DNA of 51,843 nucleotides from an uncultured Prevotella sp. (GTDB taxonomy: Bacteria > Bacteroidota > Bacteroidia > Bacteroidales > Bacteroidaceae), in NCBI GenBank assembly GCA_900765465.1, contig CAAFRM010000366.1, forward strand, positions 1 to 51,843, read 5' to 3'. A program made the translations under genes and the position numbers. The notes below the pieces were generated by a model that was given only the letters and a program-made list of their open reading frames with translations, searched no databases and had not been told where the DNA came from. This document shows, in pieces, positions 1-12,022 of the stretch. Numbering within the stretch: the first letter of the stretch is position 1; each line of letters begins with the position of its first letter.

Positions 1-19
1 AAAATCTGACATGGCAAAA

Positions 20-46
20 TCCTGAGCAACTTTTTGTTGCTCAGGA
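20..46. terminator. Hairpin, likely terminator of the upstream gene
   Basis: TCCTGAGCAAC-TTTTT-GTTGCTCAGGA is a perfect 11-bp inverted repeat before the first CDS. Confidence 0.55.
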
Positions 47-108
47 ACTTATAAATAAAGTTAAATCAAAGTGTTGCGGAATTAAGGTTTTATAGATAAA
101 ACATTGAT

Positions 109-1692
109 ATGAAGAAAGTTTTCTGTTTAGTTTCGCTTTGCCTCCTCACTGTAGCGTGTCCGCAATCAGTGAAGGCGCAATATGGTTGGCAGGAAGATGC
201 GGAACCTACAAAATTAAGACTCGACAGTGCTCTGGAATACCGAATAGATATGCAGGCTACTTTTTCAAAGGGCAAAACACCACTTTGGCTCAATGCCAAT
301 CGGTATGGTTTAAGTTCTCTGAAAGAGGCGAATGCCTATCTGAGAGGTAGTCTGATACGACCTCTATCCACAGATGATCAGCGCAGATGGGGAGTAGGTT
401 ATGGTGTAGATTTGGTATTGCCCACTCATTTTACCAGCAGGTTTATTGTGCAGCAGGCTTTTGCAGAAGTAAGATGGCTGCATGGTGTGCTCAGTGTGGG
501 TGCTAAAGAATATCCGATGGAATTGAAGAACCAGACGCTTTCCAGTGGTAGCCAGACGCTGGGCATTAACGCTCGACCTGTACCGCAGGTAAGATTAGCC
601 TTGCCGGAATATTGGACGCTACCTATTTTTAATCATTGGGTTCAACTCAAGGGACATATAGCTTTTGGAAAATTCACCGATGAAAACTGGCAGCATGATT
701 TCACCCAGCGCAAATCCAAGTATTCGGAAGGTGTGCTCTATCATAGCAAAGCTGGCTATCTGCGAATAGGAAACGAAGCCGCCTTCTGCCCTTTGAGTAT
801 CGAATTGGGTTTGGAAATGGCAGCACAGTTTGGGGGCAAGCCATACACCTATGATGGAAATGGCGGACTCAAATGCAAGGCTACAGAAGGTGGATTAAAG
901 GGAATGTGGCATGCTTTTATTCCTGGCGGACATGATGATGGTGAAGGTCAGTATGCCAATATTGCCGGCAACCAGTTGGGCTCTTGGCTCATGCGCATCA
1001 ACTATAATGCTGATACCTGGAAGTTGGGCGTTTATGCTGATCATTTCTTCGAGGATGATAGTCAGATGTTTATGCTTGATTATAATGGATATGGCGAAGG
1101 AAAGGAGTGGCAGAGCAAGAAAAGCCGCCGTTACTTTATGTATTCCCTCCAGGACATGATGCTGGGTGCGGAACTGAATATCAAATATGGCAGATGGTTA
1201 CGGAATATTGTCTTGGAGTATATACATACTAAATATCAGAGTGGTCCATACAACCATGATCATACAGTGAATATTCCTGATCATTTGGCTGGAATGGACA
1301 ATTATTACAATCATAGTAACTATACTGGCTGGCAGCATTGGGGGCAGGTAATGGGTAATCCGCTCTATCGTTCGCCAATCTATAATACAGATGGAAAGAT
1401 TGAGGTGAAGGATAACCGTTTCATCGCCTATCACCTGGGATTCGATGGTCAGCCTTCCGATAAATTCGGCTATCGTGTACTTGCCTCCTATCAGAAGGGA
1501 TGGGGAACCTATGTCCTGCCATTTACGAAGAAGCATCATAATGTCAGCTTCATGGCAGAAGGCAGCTACCACTTCTTAAGAAGATATACGGTAAAGGCAG
1601 CTTACGGAATGGATTTCGGCAGTACAGAGATGCTGGGACACAATAGAGGATTCCAGATTACCCTGACAAGACAAGGTATCGTCAAGTTCTAA
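109..1692 (+). CDS. Capsule assembly Wzi family outer-membrane protein
   Basis: 527 aa with signal peptide; PLWLNANRYGLSS, SSGSQTLGINARPVPQVR, GNQLGSW and DNYYNH motifs typical of Bacteroidota Wzi; C-terminal Phe. Confidence 0.75.
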   Translation: MKKVFCLVSLCLLTVACPQSVKAQYGWQEDAEPTKLRLDSALEYRIDMQATFSKGKTPLWLNANRYGLSSLKEANAYLRGSLIRPLSTDDQRRWGVGYGVDLVLPTHFTSRFIVQQAFAEVRWLHGVLSVGAKEYPMELKNQTLSSGSQTLGINARPVPQVRLALPEYWTLPIFNHWVQLKGHIAFGKFTDENWQHDFTQRKSKYSEGVLYHSKAGYLRIGNEAAFCPLSIELGLEMAAQFGGKPYTYDGNGGLKCKATEGGLKGMWHAFIPGGHDDGEGQYANIAGNQLGSWLMRINYNADTWKLGVYADHFFEDDSQMFMLDYNGYGEGKEWQSKKSRRYFMYSLQDMMLGAELNIKYGRWLRNIVLEYIHTKYQSGPYNHDHTVNIPDHLAGMDNYYNHSNYTGWQHWGQVMGNPLYRSPIYNTDGKIEVKDNRFIAYHLGFDGQPSDKFGYRVLASYQKGWGTYVLPFTKKHHNVSFMAEGSYHFLRRYTVKAAYGMDFGSTEMLGHNRGFQITLTRQGIVKF

Positions 1693-1713
1693 CTTTATTA
1701 AGAAGAAAAGATA

Positions 1714-2181
1714 ATGAAAAGAATAATATATTTGACAGCAGCTATCAGTCTGGTACTGAGTTCCTGTACCATCGAGACGAGCGATAATGGAGATTTTGAT
1801 GGATTCTGGCATCTGGAACGGGTAGACACGTTGGCTACGGGCAACTATCTCGACCTTTCCAAGGAACGAGTATTCTGGGGAGTGCAGCATAAGCTGATAT
1901 CTTGTGCCAGTATTACCCCCACGAATATGTACAGCTTCCGTGGCTATTATTTCCGATTCGAACAGACTGGTGACAGTCTGATCCTGCATTCGCCTTACAA
2001 GAACAACTGGCATCAGGATCATGGAGAAAATGGTGGTGATATTCCTGCAACCGTTGTGAATGACAGCATCAGAAGCTATGGTATCAATAATCTGCGAGAA
2101 GCTTTCTACAAAGAGAAGCTCAAGGGCGATAAAATGATGCTCCGCTCTAAGATGTTGAGGCTATACTTCACTAAATTCTAG
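1714..2181 (+). CDS. Lipocalin-like domain lipoprotein
   Basis: Lipobox LSSC followed by SDNGDFDGFWHL (GxW motif); 21 bp downstream of the Wzi-like gene. Confidence 0.65.
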   Translation: MKRIIYLTAAISLVLSSCTIETSDNGDFDGFWHLERVDTLATGNYLDLSKERVFWGVQHKLISCASITPTNMYSFRGYYFRFEQTGDSLILHSPYKNNWHQDHGENGGDIPATVVNDSIRSYGINNLREAFYKEKLKGDKMMLRSKMLRLYFTKF

Positions 2182-2280
2182 ATTCTCTATAAAATATTTG
2201 TTTTCTTGAAAAATTCTGTGTATTTTTGCACAAAAATAAATATTAAAATAAGATATAAGTAAACAAGAAAGGAGTTAATT

Positions 2281-2508
2281 ATGAAGGAAAAGAAATTAAA
2301 AGTATTCGCTCTTCCTATTGAGGAGTTTGAAAAGAAATATCCTATAAGCTATCCTGATGCTGGCTCTGTTCTTCTGGCGGTCAAGGAAGTTGTTGAGGGA
2401 CAGTGCAAAACCAGCATCAGTATAGGGATAATTACTTCTCAGGCTTCAATGGTCCATAGAAGTAAGAGGCGGTGGTACCTCCATCCATCAAGAAGTCGGC
2501 ACCTGTGA
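2281..2508 (+). pseudogene. Small hypothetical gene, probably truncated near 2412
   Basis: TATTTTTG promoter box at 2221 and AAGGAG upstream of the ATG; the last 77 bp overlap the convergent SDR gene antisense, suggesting loss of the native 3' end. Confidence 0.4.
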
Positions 2509-3259
2509 TGAAGGCACCCTTGCCTGACATCAACAGCTCGGCTACATTTGCTACCTCATCTGCCGTACCTGGACGACCAGCAGGACACTTGGCAAACATA
2601 TTCTTGTAGAAGTCACCACGAGGACCATTGAACTCATCCAAGGCAAGTGGGGTGACGATGATGCCAGGAGAGATGCTGTTGATGCGTGCGCCACGCTCTC
2701 CCCATTTCACAGCCTCAGCCATCACACGCTTCACATTGCAACGCTTTGCCATCTGGTAAGCATGGAGCGTATCATGGATATTCTCCTCTTGCAACATATC
2801 CAAGGAGAGGAGTTCCTCGGTAGGAGTGAGGGCAAGAAGGGCATCTTGCTCAGGAGTAAGGGCTGGCATACGATGACCAGATTGTGAGGAGATGGTAACT
2901 CCTACGCCACCATGCTTGATGATCTTGCCCACTTCTTCCAACAATACTGCCGTACCATATAAATCCACTTTCAATATCGTCTTGATGCTGGCTTGGCTTG
3001 GCGATACACCTGCGGCATTCACCAACATGGAAATCTCTCCATATTTCTGAGCCTCGGCTATCAAACCTAAAATGGAAGCACGAGAAGATAAGTCCATTTC
3101 TACGGCTATAGCATCAAATCCAGCTTCATTCATCGTCTTGGCGATGGCATCAGCATTTGCCTTGCTCTTGTCGCCAATCACGATTTTCATTCCATATCCC
3201 ATACGGCGAGCAATCGCCATACCAATCTGACCTGCACCGGTCAATATCATTACATCCAT
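2432..3259 (-). CDS. SDR family NAD(P)-dependent oxidoreductase
   Basis: TGAGQIG Rossmann motif, NAAG, YQMAK catalytic YxxxK, NSISPG and ITG-x4-DGG tail. Confidence 0.9.
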   Translation of the reverse strand: MDVMILTGAGQIGMAIARRMGYGMKIVIGDKSKANADAIAKTMNEAGFDAIAVEMDLSSRASILGLIAEAQKYGEISMLVNAAGVSPSQASIKTILKVDLYGTAVLLEEVGKIIKHGGVGVTISSQSGHRMPALTPEQDALLALTPTEELLSLDMLQEENIHDTLHAYQMAKRCNVKRVMAEAVKWGERGARINSISPGIIVTPLALDEFNGPRGDFYKNMFAKCPAGRPGTADEVANVAELLMSGKGAFITGADFLMDGGTTASYFYGPLKPEK

Positions 3260-3540
3260 AATCTCTTACTATTCTTATTTATCCTTATAATGACATTCGG
3301 TACGATTTGGAAGGTATCGCACTTGCCTTCTTCTGCTATCATGTCGGCGATGATATGCGTATTACCCTTCTTGATGTTGCCAACGGCATAATTTTCTCCT
3401 GTGCGAGAAAAATAAACGACGAGTTTCTTTTTGTTATCCATATTCTGTTCCTTTCCTTTGTTGTTTTGTGCGCACGATGTGAAAGGGATGATACCAATCA
3501 ACAGGGTGGCAATCATTGAAAATACTTTTTTCTTTCCCAT
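3250..3540 (-). pseudogene. Truncated flavodoxin (lipoprotein type)
   Basis: Signal peptide with FTSC, then the flavodoxin N-terminus LVVYFSRTGENY...GNTHIIADMIAE; breaks off after FQIVP and lacks the GxPxWW loop. Confidence 0.75.
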
Positions 3541-3727
3541 GTTTGTTCGTTTTTATTGTTAATTGAAATCTTTTTGATTCCGGGTGCAAAATTACTTCAA
3601 ATATTCCAAAGGATGATAACCCAAAATACTGATTGATTTATCATATCTACGGATTTTAAAAATGTGTATACTTTCGAACTGGATCGGAGCAAGATTGTAA
3701 CTGGGAGGGCAGGTTTCCAATCTCCGT

Positions 3728-4555
3728 TCAACCTTGCTGACCGCAGACTTTATCCCGATAGGCTGTAGGGGATAGTCCCAACATTCGCTTGGTGAAGCGA
3801 CTGAAGTGGGATAGATTATAGAAATGCATGGCATCTGCTATTTCTTGGATAGTCATGTCGGTGGTCTTCAGCATCCTTACGATTTCTTGCGTAGCAAAGG
3901 CGTTGATCCAATAGGAGGCAGGATAACCACTTCCCTTGCGGACGATTTCTGAGAGATATTTCGGGGTAACGCATAGTTTGTCACTGTAGAAATTCACTTC
4001 TCTGTTTACAATAGCATACTGGCGAATCAAGTCCATGAATCGATTGAAGAGTCCTGCCGATGTATTGCTCATTCCCTCCATTTTCTTCTACTCCTCCTTA
4101 TAGATATGCCATAAGTCGAAGAGGAAGATTTGTACCTTTCTGCCAAGTACCTCTTTATAAAATAGGTGGTTCTCAAAATCGATGCGCAAGCGGAAACTAC
4201 GGAAATCAGCTTCTATCAACTTCTTTTCTTGGGTATCAAGATGGAAGATAGGGTTGCTCTTGATATAAACGTATGCCTTGGTAGCCCATAAGGTTTCTGG
4301 ATTGTATTCCATCAAGAACTGTCGCCCGATAAGTAGAAATTCTGCCTCAAAGTCTGGAGAATAGATTACATCTGTAATCTCTGAGCCTAACTGCCAGATG
4401 GCAAATTTATTTTCCTTGAGTTGGAATGTTTGGTTGGCATAGGCAAACTGTATCTTTCCCTTGAGGCAAAGGATGTGTATGTGATATTGCCCCAAGAAAT
4501 CGGAAGGAAAGCGATGCTGCTCCGTGGTATTGTAAAGTAAAACGTCTTTATCCAT
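3728..4555 (-). pseudogene. AraC family transcriptional regulator with an in-frame amber stop
   Basis: ORFs 4088-4555 and 3728-4081 share a frame, joined as GAG-GAG-TAG-AAG-AAA-ATG; the C-terminal half carries the AraC HTHs (YSDKLCVTPKYLS, IQEIADAMHFYNLSHFSRF, GLSPTAYR). Confidence 0.85.
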
Positions 4556-4715
4556 TTGTCTTGTATTGTTTTGAATGCAAAGTTATACATTTTTTCTTGT
4601 AAAGTCCTTTAAATTTCACGATTTTCTAAATGAAAATCTCTATAAAAGATGAAATCTCGGTAATCCGTGAAAATAAGTAGGAAAATTTGGTAACTGCTAT
4701 CCGACTTTTTCGCCG

Positions 4716-4723
4716 TAATTTTG
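4716..4723 (+). promoter_or_regulatory. Bacteroidota primary-sigma -7 box
   Basis: TAATTTTG matches TAnnTTTG, 28 bp before the ATG at 4752. Confidence 0.55.
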
Positions 4724-4751
4724 CAACCGAATAAAATAAACAAGGAAAAAT

Positions 4752-5261
4752 ATGAAAAAGATTTTATGTGTTTTATTTGCTATGTGTACCATGTTCACTG
4801 CCATGGCAAAGAGTGTGAAAGATAACAAGGTGGCAGAACTCTATGACCGTATGGAGTTGAAAAACTTGGTGGATACCTTCTCCGTACTTGCTGACCAAAA
4901 GAACACGGAGGCGCAGAAATGGCTCTTTACCGAGGATGCCGTGGTGGATTCTTACTTAGGCGACCAAAAAGTAACCAGCCTTGTTGGTCGTGAAAACATC
5001 GGCAATGCCTTTGGCTCCTATCTCGCTCTCTTCGACATCGTTTATCATATCAATGGTCAGCAAACTGTGAAGATAGAGGGTAATACAGCCAAGGGTATAG
5101 CTTATTGCCAAGTGGTATTGATAGGCAATGAGAATGGCAAGAAGATGATGACCACCCAGGGTGTTTATTACGATGATGAATATGTGAAGCAAGATGGCAA
5201 GTGGCTCATCAAGCATCGCACCTCTCATTTCACATGGCGTACCCAGCAGGAGTATAAATAA
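4752..5261 (+). CDS. SnoaL-like / NTF2 family secreted protein
   Basis: Signal peptide; DRMELKNLVD, LFTEDA, GRENI, HINGQ and YDDEYVKQDGKWLIKHR match the SnoaL_4 pattern. Confidence 0.85.
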   Translation: MKKILCVLFAMCTMFTAMAKSVKDNKVAELYDRMELKNLVDTFSVLADQKNTEAQKWLFTEDAVVDSYLGDQKVTSLVGRENIGNAFGSYLALFDIVYHINGQQTVKIEGNTAKGIAYCQVVLIGNENGKKMMTTQGVYYDDEYVKQDGKWLIKHRTSHFTWRTQQEYK

Positions 5262-5289
5262 AATGATGGTTTTAGGGGAAGGCAAGAAG

Positions 5290-5369
5290 ATCTTACCGTC
5301 CTTCTTTGCCTGGTTGATCTCAAGGAGGTTTGCGTTCACGCTTCGCATTACGATGCTGTAGTTAATCAT
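5290..5369 (-). pseudogene. N-terminal remnant of a Prevotella HU-like DNA-binding protein gene
   Basis: MINYSIVMRSVNANLLEINQAKKDGK recalled as the N-terminus of a Prevotella HU-family protein; upstream TATCTTTG box at 5540-5547 (minus strand); the frame then runs antisense into the SnoaL gene. Confidence 0.5.
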
Positions 5370-5551
5370 ACTCTGTTTCGTTTTAAGAGTTCTTAGAATC
5401 ACAACTACCCGGAAAGCCCTTTTTCTGTGCTTTTTTGGGTCTTCATTGATGACCGGCGCCTGCCATCATTTAAGACCCGCTGCGGTCTTCTATTATGACC
5501 GCCCTTAGGCACAAAAGGCTGTTCTTTCGATTGCCGGTGCAAAGATACAAA

Positions 5552-5640
5552 GATTTTCGGCTGCTGCCAAATTTAGGCATGTGATAAGGGTCGATTTTCA
5601 GCAGCTGCCCGTTTTTGCATGTGACAAGGAGCGATTTCTG
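5552..5640. repeat. Imperfect ~40-bp tandem repeat (2+ copies)
   Basis: GATTTTC(G/A)GC(T/A)GCTGCC and GCATGTGA(T/C)AAGG each occur twice about 40 bp apart (GCATGTGA at 5577 and 5617). Confidence 0.7.
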
Positions 5641-5734
5641 TAGCTTACGATTTGAAACTTAGTTAAAAAACAAGCTCTATGTTTATGGGGCCGCATCTCT
5701 ACGCTTTGCGGTATAAATAACTATCGCGAAAAAA

Positions 5735-5755
5735 ACTGAATACTGAATACTGAAT
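5735..5755. repeat. Heptamer tandem repeat (ACTGAAT)x3
   Basis: Read directly from the sequence. Confidence 0.8.
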
Positions 5756-5962
5756 AACCTCTTAGGTGCTACACGTCCTGGTTATAATGGCAATCACCAA
5801 GTCCATAATAACCTCTGACCCAATAACTTCGACCGTGTCTCCAAGCGCGTAACCCCCGCCAGGCGTCCCGGCGGACTTGTGTTCTAGAAAAACTAAAAGA
5901 TCTCTAACTTAACGAGGTTTCCACACAAACGGACATTGAATTTCAGGTATAGCAATCCCAAC

Positions 5963-6043
5963 GTATCGTTTTGTGCCTGGCAATGGCAGTTTATTGCCCT
6001 GGTAAGGGGCAATGTTGTGCCATAGTGAGGCAATAAGCGATAC
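5963..6043. repeat. Degenerate palindromic array, ~22-bp period
   Basis: TGCC at 5974/5995/6018 and GGCA at 5985/6008/6029, bracketed by GTATCG...CGATAC. Confidence 0.5.
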
Positions 6044-6128
6044 AAGCCGCTTTACGCATCGTCAGTACTATCATGGCAACCTCTCAGTTACGTCTTTGTG
6101 CCTAGTTGAGGGATTGAATGAATAAAAA

Positions 6129-6180
6129 AATCGCCCTGAAAGGTGAAGCATCGTTTATGCTTGTTCCTTTCAGGGCGATT
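6129..6180 (-). terminator. Intrinsic terminator of fucO
   Basis: AATCGCCCTGAAAGG...CCTTTCAGGGCGATT 15-bp stem; the A-run at 6124-6130 gives a U-tract on the minus strand. Confidence 0.75.
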
Positions 6181-6215
6181 AAAATATTAAAGTATGATTG
6201 TATCTTTAGTCGATA

Positions 6216-7370
6216 TTACAAAATCTTGTGATACAAGGCGATGATATCCTCCTTAGAAACCTCACGAGGGTTACCTGGAGTACATACATCGGTGAATGCC
6301 TGCTCGGCAAGGGCTGGGATGTCAGCCTCTGTGATGCCCAGTTCGCTGAGATGCTGTGGGATTCCTACTAACTTAGACAACTCCTCGATAGCATTGCATG
6401 CTGCCTCTGCTGCCTCCTGGTCGGTCATACCATCCTTGTAAACACCAACAACCTTGGCAATCTGTACATACTTAGGTACACTTACCTCCATATTGAAACG
6501 CATCACGGTAGGAAGCAGGATAGCACAAGCTACTCCGTGAGGAACATCATGAAGGGCACTCATTGGGTGAGCCATACCATGGTCAACGCCCAAACCAACA
6601 TTAGAGAATGCCATACCGGCAATATACTGAGCTACAGCCATACCGTTGCGACCCTCTGGATTGGTAGGATCATTCACAGCGATAGGCAGGTACTTATGAA
6701 TCATCTCGATAGCCTTGAGCTCGAACATGTCACTCATCTCCCAAGCTGCCTTGGTAATCAAACCTTCGATGGCGTGAGTCATCGCATCCATACCGGTAGC
6801 TGCGGTGAGACCCTTTGGCAAAGAGTACATCAGCTCTGCATCTACGATTGCTACGGCAGGAATATCGTTAGGATCCACGCATACCATCTTCTGCTGGCGC
6901 TGCTCGTCGATAATCACATAATTGATGGTTGTCTCTGCTGCGGTACCAGCTGTAGTAGGAAGTGCTACGATAGGCAAGCACTTGTTCTTGGTAGGAGCGA
7001 CTCCCTCCAGAGAAACGATGTCGGCAAACTCTGGGTTGGTAACAACCACGCCGATACCCTTTGCGGTATCCATAGAACTGCCACCACCGATAGCGATGAT
7101 GAAGTCTGCCTCAGCATTCTTGCAAGCCTCAATACCTGCAGTAACATTGGAAACTGTTGGGTTTGGTTTTACGTCATCAAATACCTCGTAAGCGATGTTA
7201 GCCTCGTCCAATACGTCGAGTACCATCTTGGCAACGCCAAATTTCATCAAGCCCTTGTCTGTTACAACCAAAGCTTTTTTCCAACCACGACTAGCGATTA
7301 CTGTAGGAAGCTCCTTGCGGGCACCTGGACCGAAATAGGAAACTTCATTAAGAATGAATCTGTTTACCAT
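6216..7370 (-). CDS. fucO: Lactaldehyde reductase (iron-containing alcohol dehydrogenase)
   Basis: MVNRFILNEVSYFG start, GGGSSMDTAKG, PTTAGTAAE, DAMTHAIE, GLGVDHGMAHP...PHG and DVCTPGNPR. Confidence 0.92.
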   Translation of the reverse strand: MVNRFILNEVSYFGPGARKELPTVIASRGWKKALVVTDKGLMKFGVAKMVLDVLDEANIAYEVFDDVKPNPTVSNVTAGIEACKNAEADFIIAIGGGSSMDTAKGIGVVVTNPEFADIVSLEGVAPTKNKCLPIVALPTTAGTAAETTINYVIIDEQRQQKMVCVDPNDIPAVAIVDAELMYSLPKGLTAATGMDAMTHAIEGLITKAAWEMSDMFELKAIEMIHKYLPIAVNDPTNPEGRNGMAVAQYIAGMAFSNVGLGVDHGMAHPMSALHDVPHGVACAILLPTVMRFNMEVSVPKYVQIAKVVGVYKDGMTDQEAAEAACNAIEELSKLVGIPQHLSELGITEADIPALAEQAFTDVCTPGNPREVSKEDIIALYHKIL

Positions 7371-7573
7371 AAATGTCTTTGTTTAAGATTGAATTTATTA
7401 ATTAATAATATATTTAGTATATCTATATTGCCATTAGATTGTTTATATGCGACAAAGATACAGCTTTTCTGTGATTCTGCCAAGTTTTTCGTGCAAAAAA
7501 TCATCGGGTAGGGCAAAGTTTAAAGGCTTATCTCAAAAAATCGGGTGTTTTCTCGCTTTTTCCCTTCTACTAT

Positions 7574-7604
7574 TTTGCCTTTTCAAAATAAAAGCGTAAC
7601 TTTG
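7574..7604 (+). promoter_or_regulatory. Bacteroidota promoter (-33/-7) for the GH2 gene
   Basis: TTTG at 7574-7577 and TAACTTTG at 7597-7604, 19-bp spacer. Confidence 0.65.
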
Positions 7605-7629
7605 CAAAGGAAATAATTAGAAACAATAA

Positions 7630-11553
<3,924 letters not shown>

Positions 11554-11568
11554 TAAGTAGAAGATAAG

Positions 11569-11602
11569 AAAAAGGCTGGTGCATATTGCATCGGCCTTTT
11601 TT
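11569..11602 (+). terminator. Intrinsic terminator of the GH2 gene
   Basis: AAAAAGGCTGGTGCA-TAT-TGCATCGGCCTTTTTT hairpin with G.U pairs and a T-tract. Confidence 0.75.
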
Positions 11603-11649
11603 AGTTAAAACATATATTGCTTTCATTTTTCCCGGGATGTATATAAACA

Positions 11650-11683
11650 AAAAGTGGATTAACCTTTCGATTAATCCACTTTT
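11650..11683 (-). terminator. Terminator hairpin downstream of tRNA-Arg
   Basis: AAAAGTGGATTAA...TTAATCCACTTTT 13-bp inverted repeat abutting the tRNA 3' end. Confidence 0.75.
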
Positions 11684-11684
11684 G

Positions 11685-11759
11685 TGATTCCGTTGGGGTT
11701 CGAACCCAAGACCCACAGCTTAGAAGGCTGTTGCTCTAATCCAACTGAGCTACGGAACC
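11685..11759 (-). tRNA. tRNA-Arg(TCT)
   Basis: Reverse complement GGTTCCGTAGCTCAGTTGGATTAGAGCAACAGCCTTCTAAGCTGTGGGTCTTGGGTTCGAACCCCAACGGAATCA folds into a cloverleaf; anticodon loop CTTCTAA; GTTCGAA T-loop; CCA not encoded. Confidence 0.95.
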
Positions 11760-11898
11760 AACACTGCCATTTTTCATTAGCGAGTGCAAAGGTAATACTT
11801 TTTTGTGAATCCACCAAATATTTTGGGATATTTTTTTCTTTTATTTCAATATTACGTAAATTCTTTATAGCAAGAGCATCTTCTTCGATTATTTTTAA

Positions 11899-11985
11899 AG
11901 CTTTTGCCCTTACAGGGCGCAGAGCAGATGCAACAAAAAACCCAGGGTGTTACCCTGGGCTATGAGCTTTTGCCCTTTCAGGGCG
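11899..11985. repeat. REP/REPIN-like element
   Basis: 21-bp direct repeats AGCTTTTGCCCTT(A/T)CAGGGCG (11899-11919 and 11965-11985) flank the palindrome CCCAGGGTGTTACCCTGGG (11941-11959). Confidence 0.75.
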
Positions 11986-12022
11986 TTTGAAAGTGCAATC
12001 CTTTGATGTACCTTTAATTTTA

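Noticed and set aside
4088..4090. Amber stop-codon reassignment
   Set aside because: TAG serves as the normal terminator of several full-length genes here (e.g. ends at 2181, 38120, 38848, 50427)
5780..5880. DGR template repeat (AAT/AAC-rich stretch)
   Set aside because: No matching variable repeat differing at adenines and no reverse transcriptase in the window
11685..11759. tRNA as an integration site
   Set aside because: No duplicated tRNA 3' end and no integrase seen; a terminator follows directly
11684..11965. 93-aa ORF
   Set aside because: Antisense shadow of tRNA-Arg plus the REP element
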